Assembly: GCF_000940845.1 (NCBI RefSeq)
Contig: NZ_CP010341.1
Location: 90,001 to 122,000, forward strand
From: Propionibacterium freudenreichii subsp. freudenreichii
Lineage (GTDB): Bacteria; Actinomycetota; Actinomycetes; Propionibacteriales; Propionibacteriaceae
Direction of reading: 5' to 3'
DNA: 32,000 nt
How positions within the stretch are numbered: the stretch's first letter is position 1; each line of letters opens with the position of its first letter. The position numbers and the translations under genes were made by a program. The notes beneath the pieces are model-generated. The model was not told where the DNA came from. It did no database searches and worked only from the letters and a program-made list of their open reading frames with translations. Positions 15,490 through 22,650 of the stretch are shown piece by piece.

Positions 15490-16992
15490 GGCTCTTCGTC
15501 ATTCAGCGTGGTTTGGTGAGGCTGGCCTGAGTGGTTTGAAGCGCTGAGAGGGTGTGTCGGTGCTGGTGAGAGGGGTCGGGGCCTTCTTGAATGGGAAGCG
15601 TTCAGACTCACCCGTTCGAAGAAGACCCCGACCGTGTTCCACACTACCTGCACTCATCCCGGCTACTGCACGCTCGCTGATGCCATCGCTGACCTCCCCG
15701 GCTTCCACGTCACGCGTGTGGACCGCTCACCTGCGGGCCTGCGTCTGAACGTCGAGACCGACCCTGGCATCGTGTTCTGTCCCGCCTGTGGGGTCCAGGC
15801 TGTGGCGGATGGTCGCCAACAACGTCTCCTCCACGACATCGGTGTCTTCGGTGTCCCTGTCCTCCTCGTGTGGTCCAGGCGCACCTGGCGGTGCAGGCAA
15901 CACTCCTGCCCCCAGGTCTCGTGGGGGGAAGAGACGCAGTTGGCTCCACCCCGCAAGCACTTCACGACCCGAGCCATCACCTGGGCTGTGAACCAGCTTC
16001 TCACCCGAGACGTTGTCATCTCCGCCCTGGCCCGGGACCTCCAGGTGGGGTGGCGCACCTTGTGGAAGGCAATCGAGGGACCCCTCCAGGAGCGCCTCAA
16101 GGAGATCAGCGACCAGGCCAGCGTGGAAGCCCTGGGCCTCGACGAGCACGTGTGGCGTCATTGCGGGCCCCACAAGAATCGGATGATCACCGGGGTGGTG
16201 GACCACACGAGGCCGAAGAGAGGCAAGGACGGGAAGACGAAGCCGTTCGCGAGGCTCCTGGATGTCCAGGTCGGGCGCTCGGGAGCGGTCGCTGAGGACT
16301 GGTTGGCCTCCCAAGGCAAGGAGTTCGCGAGCAAGATCCTCATCGCTGCCATCGACCCCTACAGGGGCTATGCCAACGCGATCTCAGCGACCCTGAAAGA
16401 GGCGGACATGGTCGTCGACATCTTCCACGTGACAAAGCTGGCCAGTCAGGCCCTGGACGAGGTGCGTCGCCGAGTCCAGCAGGACACCCTGGGGCGCAGG
16501 GGACACGCCAAAGACCCCTTGTATCGGGCTCGGAGACTCCTCCTCACCGGGGCCAGCCACCTCACGGAGAAGATGGCGACCAAGCTGGATGCCCTCCTCC
16601 AAGAAGGCGACCCGAACTGGGAGGTGACCATCACCTGGACCGTCTACCAGAAGCTGATCGATGCCTACCAGCAGCCCGACTCCCACGACATGGTCACCCT
16701 CATCGATGCTCTCAAGGACTGCCCGATTCCTGAGGTCGCCAGGCTGGGGCGCACCTTGAAGTCCTGGAAGAGGGAGATCCTGGCCTATTGGCACACCGAC
16801 CGCTCGAATGCGGGTCCCACCGAGGCCATCAACAACGTCATCGAGACCACCCGACGCATCGCCCGCGGATTCCGCAACTTCGAGAACTACCGCCTCCGGA
16901 TCCTCGCCTCAGCCTCCGGACAACGCCCCTACCGCCAACCCCCCAAGCCGGTCAGGAAAGGACAACCAAACCACGCTGAATGACGAAGAGCC
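15490..16992 (+). mobile_element. ISL3-family insertion sequence, copy 3 (1503 bp, divergent subgroup), intact
   Basis: It has 28-bp perfect inverted repeats, GGCTCTTCGTCATTCAGCGTGGTTTGGT (15490-15517 and the reverse complement of 16965-16992). An 8-bp target-site duplication GTCATGCT flanks it (15482-15489 and 16993-17000). Confidence 0.92.
15634..16983 (+). CDS. ISL3-family transposase, 449 aa
   Basis: Full ORF with a GTG start. It has a zinc-ribbon (CPACG ... CRQHSC), the GLDEHVWRH motif and a C-terminal SNAGPTEAINNVIE motif. Confidence 0.9.
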   Translation: MFHTTCTHPGYCTLADAIADLPGFHVTRVDRSPAGLRLNVETDPGIVFCPACGVQAVADGRQQRLLHDIGVFGVPVLLVWSRRTWRCRQHSCPQVSWGEETQLAPPRKHFTTRAITWAVNQLLTRDVVISALARDLQVGWRTLWKAIEGPLQERLKEISDQASVEALGLDEHVWRHCGPHKNRMITGVVDHTRPKRGKDGKTKPFARLLDVQVGRSGAVAEDWLASQGKEFASKILIAAIDPYRGYANAISATLKEADMVVDIFHVTKLASQALDEVRRRVQQDTLGRRGHAKDPLYRARRLLLTGASHLTEKMATKLDALLQEGDPNWEVTITWTVYQKLIDAYQQPDSHDMVTLIDALKDCPIPEVARLGRTLKSWKREILAYWHTDRSNAGPTEAINNVIETTRRIARGFRNFENYRLRILASASGQRPYRQPPKPVRKGQPNHAE

Positions 16993-17074
16993 GTCATGCT
17001 CGCGGTCGACGAGGGCAGGGCGTGTACCGCTCTGTGTCCTTGCCCGGTGTTGGCTGCGCGGGGGCGTGCGTGCG

Positions 17075-17647
17075 ATGACCGCCCCAACACTGAGCAAAGA
17101 GCGGAGTACCGTCCTACATCCGCGGGTACGGTTCATCGTGTTCTACACGATCAGCTGCGTCATGCAGTCCGCCGTACGGACGATCGAGATGATCTTCTTC
17201 GTGTTGGCGGTCTGTGTCACCGTTGTGGAGATCTTCGCCCTGACCGGCGTGCGCGAGGCAGAGCACAGCCTGGTCGGGCTGGCAATCACGATCCTCAGCC
17301 TGATCATGATGCCGGGCCTGGCCTGGTTCGAGTTCCGCACCGGCCGCGCTCGGTTCCCGCAGCGTCCAGGCCGAGGCGACACAGCTGCTGTGTATCTGTC
17401 TGTCCGACACGGTCCTGATCGGCCTGCTTTCAAACAGCCTGCTCGGACGGGCGCCCTCGTCGACGCTGAACGCGAGTGTTGTGCTTTCGCCCGTTGGGGT
17501 ATCGACGACAGCCATCGCCTGCTGCAGCTCACCGTCACCACGCCCTCGGGACAGCTACAAGCACTCAATATCCCATTGCGCTCGCACACCCCGGCCGCGG
17601 CAGCCGGATTGAGCTGCGAGCCTTTCACGAATCCCAAGACCCACTGA
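17075..17647 (+). pseudogene. Decayed cation-transporter-like membrane protein gene (N-terminally truncated, frameshifted)
   Basis: FFVLAVCVTVVEIFALTGVREAEHSLVGLAITILSLIMMPGLAW is in the ORF-track frame. The expected continuation LGSRSVQAEATQLLCICLSDTVLIGLLSNSLLG is read only in a different frame (about 17349-17445). The reading then returns to the first frame (ALVDAERECC). The family assignment comes from my recollection of actinobacterial cation-efflux-like proteins. Confidence 0.4.
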
Positions 17648-17678
17648 GCAATCATCGAACAGAGGAGTCAGCCACAGA

Positions 17679-17864
17679 ATGACGACCGCCATCCCCAACC
17701 AGGCACTTCCTCGCGAGTGTGACGCGTACCTGATGGTCATGGACAGATCGTGGGATACATGCACCGCCGACGCTACCGAACCGCATGAGACCCGGGTCCG
17801 TGGAGCACTTTGCTGCCGTAGCGACGCAGCGTCGGCCGGGACAGACGCAAGGAGAGGCCGGTGA
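17679..17864 (+). CDS. Hypothetical small protein, 61 aa
   Basis: The ATG is preceded by GAGGAG at a 10-nt spacing. Its stop overlaps a GTG (GTGA at 17861-17864) that opens a second ORF, which runs into the ISL3 end at 17983. I recognise no family. Confidence 0.3.
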   Translation: MTTAIPNQALPRECDAYLMVMDRSWDTCTADATEPHETRVRGALCCRSDAASAGTDARRGR

Positions 17865-17982
17865 GGCGCGGGCGCAAGCGTCGCGGGAGCACCGATCCGG
17901 TCCCGGCGGTGTTGCCGCAGATCATCGCGGAGGTCGTCTCCGATGAGCACGTTGTGCTGTCGGTGGGCGGGCAGCGTTTGTC

Positions 17983-19421
17983 GGGTCTTCTCAGATGAGG
18001 GTGTAGGTCGGCCGGGCGCGTCGGTCCGCAGATAGACGTCGAGGTCTCCCGACGATGGAGGTTCCTACGCCATCCATCCGAAAGACCTCGACGTGTCCGA
18101 CGCTACCCCGCCGGCCGGCTTCGGCCGCCCTGACCTGACCGCCTTCGCTCGACTCGACGGCCTCGGTCTGAGCGTGACCGGACAACGACTTGAACCGGAT
18201 CGTGCGGTCCTCGCGTGCCGCGTGGTGGAACCAGATCAGTGGTGCCGACGGTGCGGCAGCGAAGGCGCTGCTCGTGACACCGTGATCCGGCGGTTGGCCC
18301 ACGAGCCGCTGGGCTGGCGACCGACCGTGCTGGAAGTTGTAGTGCGCCGCTACCGCTGTGCCGACTGCGGACACGTGTGGCGCCAAGACACCAGCGCCGC
18401 GGCGGAGCCACGCGCGAAGCTCTCGCGCACCGGGCTGCGGTGGGCGCTGGAAGGGATCGTGGTCGCACACCTCACCGTCGCCCGTGTCGCCGAGGGACTC
18501 GGGGTCGCGTGGGACACCGCCAACAACGCGGTCCTGGCTGAAGGCAAGCGGCTGCTGATCAACGACCCCACGCGGTTTGAGGGCGTGAAGGTCATTGGCG
18601 TCGATGAGCACGTCTGGCGCCACACCAGGCGTGGCGACAAGTACGTCACCGTGATCATCGACCTCACCCCGGTCCGCGATGGCGCCGGCCCAGCAAGGCT
18701 GCTGGACATGGTCGAGGGCCGGTCGAAGGCGGCGTTCAAGACCTGGCTCGCCGACCGCGACGACGCCTTCCGTGACGCGGTCGAGGTGGTCGCGATGGAC
18801 GGCTTCACCGGGTTCAAGACCGCCGCTGCAGAGGAGATCCCGGACGCGGTCACGGTGATGGATCCCTTCCACGTCGTGCGCCTGGCCGGTGACGCCCTCG
18901 ACAGGTGCCGGCGCCGGGTCCAACTCGCGATCCACGGGCACCGTGGGTTCAGGGACGACCCGCTCTACAAGTCGCGGCGCACGCTGCACACCGGCGCGGA
19001 CCTGCTCACCGACAAGCAGAGCGACAGGCTACGCGCGCTGTTCGTTGATGACGCTCACGTCGAGGTCGAGGCGACCTGGGGTGTCTACCAGCGCATGATC
19101 GCCGCCTATCGCCACGAGGACCGGCAACGTGGCCGCGAGCTCATGGAGAAGCTGATCACCGACCTCAGCGCCGGCGTCCCCAAGGTGCTCACCGAGCTCA
19201 CCACCCTGGGCCGGACCCTGAAGAAGCGAGCCGCTGACGTGCTCGCCTACTTCGAACGACCCGGCACCAGCAACGGGCCGACCGAGGCGCTCAACGGACG
19301 GCTCGAACACCTGCGCGGCTCCGCACTCGGGTTCCGCAACCTGACCAACTACATCGCCCGAAGCCTGCTCGAGACCGGCGGCTTCAGACCCCAACTCCTA
19401 CACCCCCGATTGGGATGAGCC
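17983..19421 (+). mobile_element. ISL3-family insertion sequence, copy 4 (about 1439 bp), no target-site duplication
   Basis: The inverted repeats are imperfect: GGGTCTTCTCAGATGAGGGTGTAGG (17983-) against the reverse complement of the right end, GGCTCATCCCAATCGGGGGTGTAGG (-19421), about 18/25 identical. The flanking 8-mers differ (CGTTTGTC versus ACGAAAGA). Confidence 0.7.
18093..19418 (+). CDS. ISL3-family transposase, 441 aa
   Basis: Full ORF with a GTG start. It carries the GVDEHVWRH, VVAMDGFTGFK and SNGPTEALNGRLEHLRG motifs. By eye it is roughly 65% identical to copies 1 and 2. Confidence 0.9.
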   Translation: MSDATPPAGFGRPDLTAFARLDGLGLSVTGQRLEPDRAVLACRVVEPDQWCRRCGSEGAARDTVIRRLAHEPLGWRPTVLEVVVRRYRCADCGHVWRQDTSAAAEPRAKLSRTGLRWALEGIVVAHLTVARVAEGLGVAWDTANNAVLAEGKRLLINDPTRFEGVKVIGVDEHVWRHTRRGDKYVTVIIDLTPVRDGAGPARLLDMVEGRSKAAFKTWLADRDDAFRDAVEVVAMDGFTGFKTAAAEEIPDAVTVMDPFHVVRLAGDALDRCRRRVQLAIHGHRGFRDDPLYKSRRTLHTGADLLTDKQSDRLRALFVDDAHVEVEATWGVYQRMIAAYRHEDRQRGRELMEKLITDLSAGVPKVLTELTTLGRTLKKRAADVLAYFERPGTSNGPTEALNGRLEHLRGSALGFRNLTNYIARSLLETGGFRPQLLHPRLG

Positions 19422-19645
19422 ACGAAAGACCAAGCCGCAGTGATGTAAACCACCAGACTCTGGTGATCCACAGAGGGGTGCGCGGGGCGAGGAATGAATG
19501 CCATTTGTCGGTAAGTCACACATGTCGTGATTTCTCGGCGCGGTAGTGGCGACAGATCCGCCGCATCTCGTGAAGTATCTCTAAACCAGCCCTCGGCAAT
19601 CCAAGTATTCAGTGGTGATCCAGGGCGCAACGAAGGGTGAGTCGA

Positions 19646-20659
19646 ATGGCGGTTCCGGGGGCGCGGCGCGGGCGGCGTCGTGTGGTGGGGATTGTGTTGT
19701 TGGTGGTGGCATTGGTTGCTGCTGGGGCTGGTGTGGTGTGGCTGGTCGTTGACGGCACCGGCCACAAGGACGCCTCGGCGGTGCGGGCCTCCGCGCCGGC
19801 GGGTGGGCCGGCGATGGTGTCGGTGCGGCGTCAGGACATTGCCCCGGTGCTCACGAGCACGAGCCAGTCGAGTGCGCAGCCGCATTACCTGGTGACGGCC
19901 CCGGCTGCGGGCCATATTGAGTACACGCGGGGGCTGACCACTGCGGTGCAGGCCGCCCAGCCGGCACCGGCGGCGCAACCCGTTGCCAGTGCAGCCCCGG
20001 CCACCGCAGTCCCGGAGGATGGGGCGCAGCCAGCGCCGGCCGCGCCCGCGACCACGGCCCCGGTGGCCGCGGCGCCGGTGGTGCCGAAGACGGCGGCGGA
20101 CGTGAAGGCCGGCGAGGTGCTGTTCTGGGTTGACGACCTGGCGGTGGTGGCGCCGGCCGACTGCCTGCTGCAGAACTGGGTGTCCGGCGAGGTCGACGTG
20201 CCGGGCGATATTCCGGTGGCCGAGTGCACCTACCCGGGGTTCGGCCTGGTTACCCAGATCAAGCCGGTTGACTCCTACCGCATCCTGTCGGGCATCGTCG
20301 GGGCCAAGGGCGTGTTCGACGACGGCCCGGGCCCCTTCGACTGCCCGATGCTGCCGGCGACCGGCGGTGGTGACGGTGGCACCCCGATGGTGTGCCTGGT
20401 GCCCACCACGGTGCGTGCCCTGGCCGGGGTGCCCGGGCGGGTCGCGATCCGCAGTCAGCTGGTGGCCGGCGCCCTGGTGGTGCCGCGCAGCGCGGTGCGG
20501 GGCCTGGTGGACACCGGAGTGGTGGGCCTGCAACAGGGCAACCAGATCGTGCAGCGCACCGTGAAGCTCGGCGTCACCGACGGGGCCGTGGTGCAGGTGA
20601 TCGACGGCCTGTCGCTCGACCAGCAGGTCACCCGCGACGCTCCCGAGGTCGGGTCGTGA
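19646..20659 (+). CDS. Membrane-fusion/periplasmic-adaptor-like protein of an ABC exporter, 337 aa
   Basis: The ATG at 19646 (AAGGG 8 nt upstream) lies within ORF 19637..20659. It has an N-terminal TM anchor (VVGIVLLVVALVAAGAGVVWLVV), an Ala/Pro-rich linker, and a C-terminal beta-rich region ending VKLGVTDGAVVQVIDGL, which is typical of HlyD/MacA-like adaptors. The gene context supports the call. Confidence 0.6.
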   Translation: MAVPGARRGRRRVVGIVLLVVALVAAGAGVVWLVVDGTGHKDASAVRASAPAGGPAMVSVRRQDIAPVLTSTSQSSAQPHYLVTAPAAGHIEYTRGLTTAVQAAQPAPAAQPVASAAPATAVPEDGAQPAPAAPATTAPVAAAPVVPKTAADVKAGEVLFWVDDLAVVAPADCLLQNWVSGEVDVPGDIPVAECTYPGFGLVTQIKPVDSYRILSGIVGAKGVFDDGPGPFDCPMLPATGGGDGGTPMVCLVPTTVRALAGVPGRVAIRSQLVAGALVVPRSAVRGLVDTGVVGLQQGNQIVQRTVKLGVTDGAVVQVIDGLSLDQQVTRDAPEVGS

Positions 20660-21348
20660 CCAGCCGCGTGGGCCCCGCCCTGGCGCTGGCCGGGGTGCAC
20701 AAGGGCGTCGACCTGCCCGACGGGCAGCGCTTGGAGATCCTGCGCGGCGTCGACCTGGAGATTCCCGCCGCCAGCTCCACCGCCATCGTCGGACGCTCCG
20801 GCAGCGGCAAGTCAACCCTGCTGAGCCTCATGGGACTGCTGGCGGCCCCCGACGCGGGCACCATCCAGATCGACGGCGTGGCCGCCGCCGGGCTGAGCGG
20901 CAAGCAGTCCGCCCGGCTGCGCAACGGCCACATCGGCTTCATCTTCCAGAACTATTCGCTGGTGCCCACCTGGAATGTCTTCCAGAACTGCGCCCTGCCG
21001 CTGCTGTACAGCTCTGGGGTGAGCGGACGCCAACAACGCGAACGCGTTCGCTCGGCGCTCGCCGAAATGGGCTTGGCCGACCGTGCCGACGCCCTACCGG
21101 GGCACCTGTCGGGCGGTGAGCAGCAGCGCGTGGCCATCGCCCGCGCACTGGTCACCGAGCCGACGGTGGTGCTGGCCGACGAACCCACCGGCGCCCTCGA
21201 CCAGACCACCGCCGAGGCCGTGCTCGACGTGCTGTTCGCCACCGCACAGCGCACCGGCACCGCGCTGGTCGTGGTCACCCACGACGACCAGGTGGCTGCC
21301 CGGGCACAGACCCGGCGCGAACTCGATGGGGGGCGATTCGTCGCATGA
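20656..21348 (+). CDS. ABC transporter ATP-binding protein (MacB/LolD-like), 230 aa
   Basis: The GTG at 20656 overlaps the upstream stop (GTGA). The motifs present are Walker A GRSGSGKST, signature LSGGEQQRVAIARAL, Walker B VVLADEPTGALD and H-loop VVTHD. Confidence 0.9.
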   Translation: MTSRVGPALALAGVHKGVDLPDGQRLEILRGVDLEIPAASSTAIVGRSGSGKSTLLSLMGLLAAPDAGTIQIDGVAAAGLSGKQSARLRNGHIGFIFQNYSLVPTWNVFQNCALPLLYSSGVSGRQQRERVRSALAEMGLADRADALPGHLSGGEQQRVAIARALVTEPTVVLADEPTGALDQTTAEAVLDVLFATAQRTGTALVVVTHDDQVAARAQTRRELDGGRFVA

Positions 21349-22493
21349 GAAGCTTCGGTCGCGAGCTGTGGTGGGACCTGCTGGGCAACAAGACCAACTT
21401 CTGGCTGTCCTGCCTGGCCCTGTTCGTGGCACTGTTCTCGTTCATCGCCGTGGTGTCCACCGGCACGCTCGCCCACGACTCACTGCTGGCCAAGACCCTG
21501 ATGGTCGACGGCGTGCCCACCAGCTACCGGGCCGAGATCGCCCCGGCCGCGCTGCGCGCCAACTCGCTCACCGGCCAACTCGCCGACGACGTATCGGCAT
21601 GGAACCGCGCCGGCCTGGAATCGGCCGTGGCCATGGACTTCAGCCAACAACTCGCCGGCCAACCCATCACGGTGCGCGCCATCGCCGGCAACTACCAGGC
21701 GATCAAGCGCGTGAAGCTCACCGACGGCCGCTGGAACCAGGCGCGTCCCTATCCCGGCGAAGTCGTGGCCAACCAGCCCCTCGCCGCCCGGCAGGGGAGC
21801 AACACCCAATTGTCGCTCGGCACCACCTCGGGGGCCGTCGAACCCTTCGTCGTCACCGGATCGCTGGCCGACGGCGACGCCAGGCCCGTCGCCTACACCG
21901 ACCTGACCTCCTATTTCGCCACCACGGGCTGGTATCCCACCCCGGCGACGGTCGAACTGCTGTTCCACACCGACAAGACCCCCGACCAGATCGCCGCCGC
22001 CATCGCCCCGTCCCTGACCGCACTCGGGCTGGCAACCAACGACAAGCCGATGCGCATCGACCGGGTCGACTCCATGGCCGACCAGGTGACCATGTTCACC
22101 GCCGCATTCACCGCCGTGACGCTCATCGGCCTGGTCGTGGCCGCCCTCGGCATGATGAACGTCGGACTGGCCAGTGTGCGCGAACGCTCCCGCGACTTCA
22201 CGATCCGCCGCGCACTCGGCGCCACCCAGGGCCGCATCATCGCCCAGGTGCTCGCCGAGACCCTCGCCACCGGAATCGTCGCCACCCTGGCCGCGATCGG
22301 CACCACCTGGGCACTGCTCAACGTGCTCCTGCCCCGCCTGCTACCGCCCTCATGGGGGCTGTCCGTCCCCGCCTACCCATGGCCCATCACCCTGCTCGCC
22401 GCTGCAGCCGGACTCACCATCTCAGCCGCCAGCGGCCTCATCCCGGCACTACGCGTCCGCAAGCTCGAACTCGCCGCCATCCTGCGCGCCTAG
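21345..22493 (+). CDS. ABC transporter permease, FtsX/MacB-like, 382 aa
   Basis: ATGA overlap with the ATPase gene. It has an N-terminal TM helix, a large extracytoplasmic domain, and three C-terminal TM helices with the FtsX-type segment REFTIRRALGATQGRI. Confidence 0.85.
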   Translation: MRSFGRELWWDLLGNKTNFWLSCLALFVALFSFIAVVSTGTLAHDSLLAKTLMVDGVPTSYRAEIAPAALRANSLTGQLADDVSAWNRAGLESAVAMDFSQQLAGQPITVRAIAGNYQAIKRVKLTDGRWNQARPYPGEVVANQPLAARQGSNTQLSLGTTSGAVEPFVVTGSLADGDARPVAYTDLTSYFATTGWYPTPATVELLFHTDKTPDQIAAAIAPSLTALGLATNDKPMRIDRVDSMADQVTMFTAAFTAVTLIGLVVAALGMMNVGLASVRERSRDFTIRRALGATQGRIIAQVLAETLATGIVATLAAIGTTWALLNVLLPRLLPPSWGLSVPAYPWPITLLAAAAGLTISAASGLIPALRVRKLELAAILRA

Positions 22494-22528
22494 CACCCGC
22501 ACCATGCCTCCCGCACCATGCCGGACGC

Positions 22529-22568
22529 GCAAATGCCCGCCCACCCCGAGGGGTGGGCGGGCATTTGC
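22529..22568. terminator. Bidirectional stem-loop between the convergent permease and helicase genes
   Basis: GCAAATGCCCGCCCACCCC (22529-22547) pairs with GGGGTGGGCGGGCATTTGC (22550-22568), a 17-19 bp GC-rich stem. Confidence 0.6.
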
Positions 22569-22650
22569 CTGCGTCGTCGTGCATGCGGCCTCGTGCGGGC
22601 GATTCCGCATAGGGGAATCGGCGCGTGGCCTCCGGCGCATGGCCTCCGCG

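Noticed and set aside
16808-17074. N-terminal 89 residues of ORF 16808..17647
   Set aside because: This part reads through the end of the ISL3 copy 3 transposase gene and its inverted repeat (Pro/Ser/Thr-rich), so it is not part of the downstream transporter remnant.
19637-22493. ABC operon as a lantibiotic/bacteriocin immunity or export locus
   Set aside because: No precursor peptide, modification enzyme, C39 peptidase domain or cognate two-component system is visible. The assignment would be pure speculation.
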